DNA of 64,000 nucleotides from Haliotis rubra (Eukaryota): contig NW_025765033.1 in assembly GCF_003918875.1 (NCBI RefSeq), positions 1-64,000 of the forward strand. The letters are read 5' to 3'. Shown here in pieces: positions 54,231 through 64,000 of this stretch. The position numbers and the translations under genes are program-made. Under the pieces are notes generated by a model that saw only the letters and a list, made by a program, of their open reading frames with translations, was not told where the DNA came from and did not search any database. Position 1 is the stretch's first letter, and each line of letters starts with the position of its first letter.

Positions 54231-54369
54231 CATGGCGGAAAGCTACAGGAATTGGGATAAGATGACATGTGTCAACAAATTCAGAGAGCCTGATCACCCG
54301 ATCCTCTTAGTCTCCTCTTACGACTAGCATGGGTTACTGAAGATCAATTTTAACCCGGATCTTCACGGT
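54231..54369 (-). mobile_element. SINE family B 5' half, at the junction of the two minisatellite blocks
   Basis: Antisense ccgtgaagatccgggttaaaattgatcttcagtaacccatgc... Confidence 0.85.
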
Positions 54370-54514
54370 CAACAAGATGATGAGAAATAACAAACAATAA
54401 ACTCAGACACCATCTACAAAAGGATGGGACATGAGCGAAAGTATGGTCAACAATGATTATTTTCAAAGATCTCTATTATTGATGCTTTCAACGATTATCA
54501 TCAACGATAGAACA

Positions 54515-55945
54515 GAAAACTATAGACAATTAAAGTCGAAATTATGAACAATATGACGGATAATTACAGACAATATGGTCAGAAATTATTAACAATATGA
54601 CGGAATACACTATAGACAATATGGTCAGAAATTATGAACAATGTGACAGAATACCATAGACAATATAATCAGAAATTATGAACAATATGACGGAATACCA
54701 TAGCCAATATGGTCAGAAATTATTAACAATATGACGGAATACTACAGACAATATGGTCAGAAATTATTAACAATATTACGGATTGCTATAGACAATATGG
54801 TCAAGAAATTATATACAAAATGACGGAATACTTATAGACACTATGGTCAGAAATTATGAACAATATGACGGAATACTACAGACAATATGGTCAGAAATTA
54901 TGACTGACTGGACTGAGTTTTATTTACGCCGCTTTAGCAATATTCCAGCAAACATCACGGCGGGGACACCAGAAATGGGCTTCACACAGAACCCAGGTGG
55001 AGATTCGAACCTGGTCTTCGGCGTGACGAGCCAACGCTTTAACCACTAGGCTACCCCAACCGCCCCGTCAGAAATTATGAACAATATGACGGAATACTAT
55101 GGATACAATGGTCAGAAATTATGAACAATATGACGGAATACTACAGACAGTATGGTCAGAAATTATATACAAAATGACGGAATACTATAGACAATATGAT
55201 CATAAATTATGAACAATATGGCGGAAAACTACAGACAATATGGTCATAAATTATGAACAATATGACTGAATACTATAGACAATATGATCATAAATTATGA
55301 ACAATATGACGGAATACTACAGACAATATAATCAGAAATTATGAACAATATGACGATATACTATAGACAATATGGTCAGAAATTATGAACAATATGACGG
55401 AATACTATAGACGATACGGTCAGAAATTTTGAGACAATATGACTGAATACTATAGACGATACGGTCAGAAATTATGAACAATATGACGGAATACTATAGA
55501 CGATATGGTCAGAAATTATGAACAATATGACGGAATACTATAGACAATATGGTCAGAAATTATGAACAATATGACGGAATACTATAGACAATATGATCAG
55601 AAATTATTAACAATGTGACAGAATACTCACAGAGAATATAATCAGAAATTATGAACAATATGACGGAATACTATAGACAATTTTATGGTCAGAAATGATG
55701 AACAATATGACGATATACTATAGACAATATGGTCAGAAATTATGAACAATATGACGGAATACTATAGACGATACGGTCAGAAATTTTAAAACAATATGAC
55801 GGAATACCATAGACAATATGGTCAGAAATTATGAACAATATGACGGAATATTACAGACAATATGATCAGAAATTATATACAATATGACGGAATACTATAG
55901 ACAATATGGTCAGAAATTATGAACAATATGACAGAAAAGTATCGA
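54515..55945. repeat. 44-bp minisatellite block 2, a related variant
   Basis: Unit gaacaatatgacggaatactatagacaatatggtcagaaattat. Confidence 0.96.
54901..55066 (-). mobile_element. SINE family A inserted into minisatellite block 2
   Basis: Antisense consensus flanked by gtcagaaattatga on both sides. Confidence 0.9.
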
Positions 55946-56370
55946 CACCATCATGGGATGCAATACTTTACCAGGATAAGAAATTTTGGACAATATCATG
56001 GGAGACTATGGACAATATGATTATAAATTATCGACAGTAGGATTCGAATTAATAAACACCAGTGTCAGAAATTATCCACATTATCATAGGAGACTAGGGA
56101 CAAAATGGTCAGAATTTATGGATAGTATGATGGAAAACTCCATACAATATAGTAAGACATTATTGACAATATGACTCGATTTATTAGCACTGTGATAACA
56201 AATTATGGATAATATAATGGGAGACTATAGACAATATGATCAGAAATTATCGACAGTAAGATTAGAAATAATAGACACTTGGGTAAAAAATTATCCATAT
56301 TATCATGGGAAACTAGGGATAAATGAACATAGAGATTTATTCTGGGTTACATCTTCTTTTTATTCTCGAG

Positions 56371-56410
56371 TACAACGTTTCAGGGCTTGTTCTGGCCCCA
56401 TCATCAGGTA
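56371..56410 (-). ncRNA. Minimal type I hammerhead ribozyme motif (Penelope-type) within a 124-bp insertion (56326-56449)
   Basis: The minus strand reads UAC-CUGAUGA-U-GGGGC-cagaacaa-GCCCU-GAAAC-GUU-GUA, followed by AATAAA. TSD ctagggataaatg. Confidence 0.72.
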
Positions 56411-57145
56411 AATCATCAAATATCATCTTCTAAAATGCCAATCAAGCATCTAGGGATAAATGGTCAGAAAATATTGACAATATCATAGGAAACCATGGGC
56501 AATATGGTCAGATTCTACCGACAAACACTACTGTAAGAAACTATCGACAATATTCAACGATATATTTGAAAATGATCTCATGTTTACACCTCAGCCATGG
56601 AGAATGTGACGAACCCATTACAACACGCTGTAATCACAGATTTATTCATTGAAAGCCTGTGACCAGGAAATGACAGTGTTCCGATAATCCTAAACCCTCG
56701 TGGCAATTTCGCGTTATTTTTACCACGGAGGTCCTAACTTCTTGACCACTCGGTGGTCAGGATCCATTGTCAACACGGGCAAAATAGCCACAGAAAATCC
56801 TGACCACTTACTCTGCTATCTTTGTCTGCCAACACCTATATGGCTACTGGCTTACACGACCAAGGCCCACTTTAGCTGCCCAACGTCGGACGTGTACAGT
56901 ACGGTGCAGAAAGAAGTTCCCCTTTGTAAAATTATCTTCAATTTTTTGGTATATATTTCGTTTACGATTTTGGTGGTCTGTCTCATTTTGATGACAAAAG
57001 GTCGATTGATCAATTTATCATCGATATAACGCCAATAAAGATAAATTTTGCAAATGTCATTTATGTCAAAAAGAAAACCGTCGACCCTTTAAATTTATAT
57101 CATTACCGTAACCCTGGATAGTGATGGTCAAATAAACTTTGTGAA

Positions 57146-57290
57146 CGAGTAAGTTGGATTTTACGCCGCTATTAGCAATATTCCAGCAATATCATGTCGG
57201 GGTACATCAGAAATGGGCTCACACATTGTACCCGTATGTGGAATCGAATCTGGATCTTGGGCGTGACAAGCGAACACTTTAACCACTAGA
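57146..57290 (-). mobile_element. SINE family A, diverged
   Basis: Antisense match to the consensus. Confidence 0.85.
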
Positions 57291-58279
57291 CTCGACCCTA
57301 AATAAACTTCAGACTCACCCGACATACTTCAATTTTGGTTTGCGATTTTCACGTTCAAACGGGTGTTTACAGAGTTATGCAAGTGTACACACCAGGTTAT
57401 TACTTTTATACCTCCATAACCGCAATAAAACATTGAATTCTAATTTTAAATACATATCTCCAGCGTAAATACTTCGCAGACTATATATTAAGCCTTAAGA
57501 CAGCGATACATTTGAAATCAGTGACGTTGTACACTGCAATATATATAATGCAACACCAGCCCCGCCCATTCTTTTATCAGCCAATTAGGAAAGAGTAGGC
57601 CGGTAGTGGGGTCCTTACATTAATTGATGGTCAGCCAATCAAATGCCTTGGAATCACTTGCAGTTTATTGATTTTCTCATATATTCCCGAACTCTTTCCT
57701 TGGAAACAAAAGCCTCATGGATCAGACAATGTAATTTCTCTTTCATCTTTCAAAGAATAGTTTTGCAAAGGGAAAAGAAAAGAATGTGTGTAATTCAAAA
57801 GACTATCTAAACATATATATACTACAAACAAAAAGTATGGGAACACCCTCAAATTTGATGGTCATATATAAATTTGAACATGGTGAGGTCATTTATACTC
57901 TAAGGTAAATGAATTTTTTTTGTGCTTAATGGGCACTTTAAACGATATGTTCGAACATGCAGTGAAGCAATTGATTCAATATTCGTTGAGTTTGAGTGAA
58001 ATGAAACATTGTCAAAAACAGCGAAAAACAAGGGTGCTGAAACACACCAGCACCATGTTTGATTCAAACGCCCAAACACAATAGCCTAGTGTATGTGGAA
58101 GACAGACAGGAACAGAAACATAGGATGGATATGACCACGTACAAAAATGAACAAAAATAGGACGCGTCACAATTTAATTATGGAAACCCATAATTCCAGA
58201 AACTTTCCGCACTATGGCCTATTAGGATTCAACGATGCGTCAAGATTGTCATAGTGTGTGAATGTGTGTGTGTAGTTAC

Positions 58280-58727
58280 TATTATTATTAATATAGGATA
58301 TTTATATAGCGCACATATCCGCGCAACTAGTACATGCTCAAGGTGCTGGTATTTTGTCCCTCGATCATAGGATGTCAACCTCAACAGCACATCGTATTAT
58401 CAATCTCAACTTCCTGGGGATCATACAACTTTTGCCGCCACTAGGCGCCACTGCGGCTTTCCCATCCTCACGAGGTACCCATTCACATCTGGGTGGACTG
58501 GGACACATAGTCACAGTACTCTGTCCAAGTTTACTGCACGTTGCTGTACCCGCAGCTAGGTGTTTGCACGTATTCATGTGGCCACCATCTGGTCATATAC
58601 CAACGGATTCGTGGGTTCTTTTAAGTGCACAGGGTTGTGTACTGTACACTAGGGGTTGTGACAACACTGAAAGAGTCTGCACGCCCAAGTTGACTCAAAG
58701 GCTTTTACACCCGGTCACAGGTGGGCT
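58280..58727 (-). mobile_element. SINE family C, head truncated
   Basis: Reverse complement of ~39675-40070, with a (TAT)n-type tail. Confidence 0.82.
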
Positions 58728-59235
58728 CTACTAGTACTTATAAGTGCCAGCCTACTGAGACGCCATGCCGAAGTTTTCATATGGATACCCAAGTCCGTAT
58801 GTTGTATCCGATCAAAGCCAAGCACCAGGAAGGGAAACAACAAGTAACACCTGTTCACATCTTCTGTTATGACGCGGTCGACTCCATCAGCTTGACCAAA
58901 AAGGATGTTGCCACAAAAAGGGATGTGATTGAATGTCAGTATATATCACAGGACTCAAGCAGAAACCTAAAAACCCACGAGCACAGGCATAGTGCTGACA
59001 AACCAAGAGTCCGAATCGGGGCGAATATGGGATTTTAACTATCTTGGATTATAACTGACTATCCTAGCAAGACAAAGGGACGCAACTTTGCACAGCGAAT
59101 TATGCGCTTTAGACGACCGGGCCACTTCAGTACCCATAGAGAACGAGGTTTCGATAAGATAAAAAATTATGTGGAATATATTTAAATGAATCGAAATAAT
59201 CAGATTTAAAATTATATCGGGTTTTGTACAAAATA

Positions 59236-59437
59236 TATAACAAAGTTAACCCTTCGTCATATGCGCCAACATCGGAATAGAACAAGTTAAACTAAAATAA
59301 TATAAATAACAAAGTTAACACTTCGTCATATCCAACATCAGAATAGAACATGTTAAACTAAAATAATATATATAACAAAGTTAACCCTTCGTCATATCCA
59401 ACATCAGAATAAAACATGTTAAACTAAAATAATATAC
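59236..59437. repeat. ~66-69-bp tandem repeat, 3 copies
   Basis: ataacaaagttaacccttcgtcatatccaacatcagaatagaacatgttaaactaaaataatata repeated. Confidence 0.9.
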
Positions 59438-59949
59438 AACCGCAAATAAAAATCATGTTCGGGAACTTACATATGACCGGTACTGTAGCCCTTCATGCCG
59501 TGTGGACACTGCTATGTATAGTTAGTCATGACCTTGTGGAAGGCCGAAAACTAAGTCCTGACCCTGTGGTCGCCAAGTCTCGCCTAAACATACAAGCGAT
59601 CCGTGGCGCTAGTCGACCTTGAAACCAACGGTGGTACATGCACACATTACATATCTAGTGCAACAATGCACGCTGTGACTGACGGCGCAGCTAATGGGAT
59701 CAACGGTACCTCACTTTGAAAAAGACTCAGTATATATGAAGGCATGAAGGTCGGTAAAAAAATACGGCCATGAGAACTGGGATTATTATACAAGAAGGTA
59801 CTTGGTACCTTTGCTAAAAAAAACAGGGAAATGTGGGAAACAATGGAATTTTCAGGTAGACACAAACATTTCTTTGAGTGGCATTTTAGAAGTTGGGAAG
59901 TACAACATAGAACAAACTTTATGGATAACAACTTCTTTTTATTGGTGAG

Positions 59950-59989
59950 TGCGACGTTTCGATACAGATTCTTGTACCGTTGTCAAGCA
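59950..59989 (-). ncRNA. Minimal hammerhead ribozyme motif, U3-A8 core variant, in a Penelope-like terminal repeat remnant (~59904-60350)
   Basis: The minus strand reads UGC-UUGACAA-C-GGUACA-agaauc-UGUAUC-GAAAC-GUC-GCA, then AATAAAAAGAAG, homologous to the 56326-56370 flank. Confidence 0.7.
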
Positions 59990-60435
59990 TAATGGAACAT
60001 GAAGAAGGGGGAAGTGTATATATACTGGATGTAACAATGTAACAAAGAAAACAACATAATTAACATAATTGGCTAGGCAGAAAGCTGATGAAGCCAGAGA
60101 GTAGACAAAGGACAGGCGTGGAAGCCAATGATGTACAAATCTAGACACAAACAGTTGCAAATGGCGCTTGAAGGGCAATGCTGCCCTTTTCCAGATTCAT
60201 CAGTTGATGGAAGAAGTGATGATTCAGAGGGACCTTACTCTTCTGCAGCTTCTTCCAACTTAGGAACTGTAATTTTATAATCAGTGTTGAGGATGATGAG
60301 AGGGACTGCTCAGAATCAGGGAAAAATTAGGTTGACTTTCAAAGGTACTTGAAACGGACACTATTTATGGGGTTGGTGATTCTTTGGACAACGGCTGTTC
60401 AGCGAAATTTGGTTTTAAGTCCATTCGGGTACAGT

Positions 60436-61958
60436 TTGAGTGTAATAGCAATATTCCAGCAATATTACGGCGAAGGACACCAAAAATGGGCTTCACACAT
60501 TGTATCTATGTGGGGAATCGAACATGGGTCTTTGGCGTGACGAGCGAACGTTTAACCACTAGACTACACCCACACACACACACACCACGATAACATGTGC
60601 AAATTATGCGTCGTATAAGTAGATATATATATTTGTATATAGAATAAATAATTGTGGTAAAACAAACTAAGGAAAGGATATGCTCGTAACATCATGACGT
60701 TACAAAGCTAAAACATTGCAAACCTATTGTCCGAATCACAACTGTAATACACACATCAGACGATCACGATTAACCATTTGCTGTTGGTTTAAGTTTTAGC
60801 CAATATGATATATAGCGTAGACAGACTATCTTTTGCTGGGCAGTTTAGATACCTTTAAAACAGGAGCGACAAGGCTGCTGGGTATGATGTGTGAACCATT
60901 TCTAATATACCCCTTGTTATATAGCTGGAAATACAAATTGCGAGGAGCGTAAAAGTAATAGTCAATCAAAACCCAAGCCTCGTCATCTCTTCTTCAAACG
61001 TGCTGAATCGGCGCAAAATAACACTGACTCATTTACTAACTCTTATGTCGGTACCTGCTAGTCTCTGTTGTGAATACTCCGTGGAGATCCGGGTTAGAAT
61101 TGGTCTTCAGCGACCCATGCTTGTCGTAACAGACGACAAACGGGCTCGCTGGCCAGGCTCGCTGACTTGGTTGACACATGCGAACAGCAGCATCTGCGTA
61201 GATCGATGCTCATGATGTTGATCACTGGATTGTCTGGTACAGACTAGATAAATTACGGTAGCGCCATATAGCTGGAATATTGCTGAGTGAGGCGTTAAAC
61301 AACAACCAGACCAAAAAACTCAGTAGTGAACTCCACAAGCGAGAGTACTGTATGGATTCCCAATGTAGACAGACATAGTAAACTGACTTCGATGGGGGAG
61401 TGGTTAAAGCGTTCTCTCGTCACGCTTAAGACCCAGTTTCGATTCCCCATATGGGTACAATGTGCGAAGCCGATTTCTGGTGTCCCCCGCCGTGATATTG
61501 CTGGAATATTGCTAAAATTGGCATAAAACCATATTCACTCACTCAGAGAGATCTGTTCTAACGCCGGGCGGGGTAACAATAAGTATCTTTTGACGTTATA
61601 TGGTGTGACGCGACCCATGATCTACCCACGGTCCTTCCAGTTTCCAGACAGACACTCTATCAACTGCACCCCAGAGGCGGTCCTCTTAACTGAACCTTAT
61701 GTTGTATTGGCTGGCGACTTGTGAAGATCCGGGTTAGAATTGATCTAATGTAACCCATGCTTGTCGTTAGAGGCGACTAACGAGATCGGGTGGGCAGGCT
61801 CGCTGTCTTGGTTGACACATGTCATCGTATCCCAATTGCATAGATCGATGTTCATGCTGTTAATCACTGGCTTGTCTGGTCCAGACACGATCATTTACAG
61901 ACCACCGCCATATAGCTGGAATATTTCTGAGTGCGGCGTAAAACTAAACTCAGTCACT
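60436..61958. mobile_element. SINE cluster: A at 60436-60570 (-), B at 61078-61315 (+), A at 61393-61545 (+), B at 61718-61958 (+)
   Basis: Matches to the family A and B consensus sequences. Confidence 0.85.
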
Positions 61959-62559
61959 TAATGTATTGGTAGGCACTGGAAACGTTGATGTAATCAACTT
62001 ACGACATGTCTACATTTGGTAACATCGTTGATCTAACGTTGATCAGCTCAGTAAAATACCCCCAATTCCAATTGCGCTGTGTAGCGTGTAACCCAATAAT
62101 GAAGACATTCGTCTGTTTTCAGAAACAACGTTACATTATGACATCCGCGTTTCCTCGGCGAGCTTTCAATATGGGTTTTCGTCGAACCGTGTCACTTCCT
62201 TTTCCCAAACAGCTTGAACCAAATTTGGTCAGTGAAACAAAACCAGAGTCCAATTTGGACCGACTTTTCGATTTTTGATATTGACAATAAATAGGTCGGT
62301 GGAAGGGGGGTCTCTGTTCATGCGGAAGACCCGGGTCCAGTTTGTTCATCACCTTGACTTGCAGCACGAGAGAAGAGTCTTGGGGTTATCAATGCTTTCA
62401 TTGTTTTCCCAACCGTTTGTTTATCAACTGAGCAAGAGTTGCAAGTTTTCTGCTCAAATACTTTCGCTGTTAATTTCTTTCTCCACATATTTGTCCGTAA
62501 GTGGCCGAGGGATCGTAACGGTTCTTGTCTGTTTGACACGAAATCTCCCAAATAACACT

Positions 62560-62690
62560 AAAAACTCGCGATCAAACAGCAGACGACAAGAGCAAATAGC
62601 GCCACCGGGCGGGGAAAAAGAGAGGGGATCACGTGACCACGGCGTTACAGGTGTGAGACCCATTGGTCATATCCAGGTAAGATTGAAGGG
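62560..62690. promoter_or_regulatory. Possible promoter in a CpG-rich segment (GC box, E-box, CCAAT box)
   Basis: GGGCGGGG at ~62607, TCACGTGAC at ~62629 and ATTGG at ~62663, clustered within 60 bp. Confidence 0.35.
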
Positions 62691-64000
62691 GAAAGTAAAA
62701 ATAGAAAAAGTGTCAACCGTCCTGGAGTGTGTTTACCAGTTAGAGGTCTGGCTTCATACGGAACGTCCGTCGCCAGGTTCAGCAGACGATCACTGACCGA
62801 CGTCGGAGTTGAACGTCGTCTGCTCTCGCGGGGAAACAGATGCTACGACCATACTGGATAGACAACGAAGCTGGAGTTGTGACATTGTGACGACATGGTG
62901 AAATAAGAAGGACTTCTTCAGCAGATACTTATCGTCTGCCGCTTCGCCGGATTCAGATCTGGAAAATTCCACTGGACAGTGTTGTCTGCTGCTCAAAAAC
63001 ATTCGTAAGCCGAAACAAAATAACCTTGAATTTATTGATGTATTATCTCACTGGAGTTAGATTTAACGCCAAAACACTCCATAAAGAAATGCAAGAGTGA
63101 TCCTCAATCTTTTTGCATTCACCTGTGTGCGTCAAAGCAGGTTGGCACTTCTACCGAAACTTGTAGAACATTTCCATTAGCTTATCCAGCCATCGTGTGT
63201 AGTGTTACGTCAGACTTGGCACCTTGCTCTTCTTGGGTCGAATCCATCAGTTGTTAAAGAATCACTGAAGGTATAGGACTTGCCAGTCTTCCAGGAGTGA
63301 TAGTGTTTCTCTGCACGGAACGTGTGTGTGACTTACATCGTTCACAGACCGGACCCTCTTGGACGGAGGTGTTAAACTTTTTCCTTTTGTAGAAGGTAAG
63401 TGGAATCATACATAGTCTTACTATGAACCTTTAATTCAATAATTAATGAAGAATTAATTAAAATATCATTTAAATTCTCTATTTCAGATTGTTTGCGAAT
63501 TCCAAAGCTTTGCCAATCATAGGTTACACTAATTTGTATGAGACTTGGTATTTGGTACAAACGTTACACTACGTTTGTTCAATTTTACAAGCATGTAAAC
63601 CTTTGTAAACCACCAGAGTATCCAAACATTTACAAACATTTAAACTCGACTTAAGCTCGACTCTGGTGTCAATTCCTTGTTGAAGCGATCACAATCCCGT
63701 CAATGTTAATAAAACAAATGAAAAATAAAATTTACGTTTATCACATCAGCAAACGCACTATTACAAACTCATTTTCATTTTTTGGTAACATCATATTCAT
63801 AAACGTTATAAAACAAAAACTAAAAGTTTTCTTAAAGTAATTTCAAACATTCAAACTGTAAATCTGTATGTTACATTCCATCTTCATGGAGTATAGTTTC
63901 GTGCAATGACGTATAAAGACGGATGACAAAAACAGAAAGGGTGAAAAAACTGCTCCCTGGCAAATGAAAAGCAAGTTTTTGTCCTTTTTGCCCACAAGCA

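Noticed and set aside
51040-55945. CRISPR-like regular repeats
   Set aside because: No unique spacers and no cas genes; a eukaryotic minisatellite.
57819-57852. Tc1-like TIR start (tactacaaacaaaaagtatgggaacaccc)
   Set aside because: No partner TIR or transposase remnant was found.

Overview
This is AT-rich eukaryotic DNA made up mostly of nested transposable elements and tandem repeats; the SINE families suggest a mollusc, possibly a gastropod (inference only). From left to right it holds: a full-length Tx1/L1-type LINE between two copies of the 3' end of a PIF/Harbinger transposase; the rest of that Harbinger element, with a convergent multi-exon Myb/SANT gene; a ~3.98-kb tandem array whose unit appears to carry an unrecognised three-exon gene (120 aa, acidic middle, basic amphipathic C-terminal helix) that the ORF track misses; a palindromic fold-back element interrupted by a hAT transposon, itself interrupted by three SINEs; a condensed Maverick/Polinton relic; Helentron-type non-autonomous elements; a Tc1/mariner deletion derivative; two related 44-bp minisatellite blocks; two Penelope-type minimal hammerhead ribozyme motifs; and over 20 SINE copies from three families. 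One SINE family has a predicted pseudoknotted 5' head in place of a tRNA head. Several frameshifts fall in homopolymer runs, so some apparent pseudogenisation may be consensus error. No known host gene could be identified with confidence.
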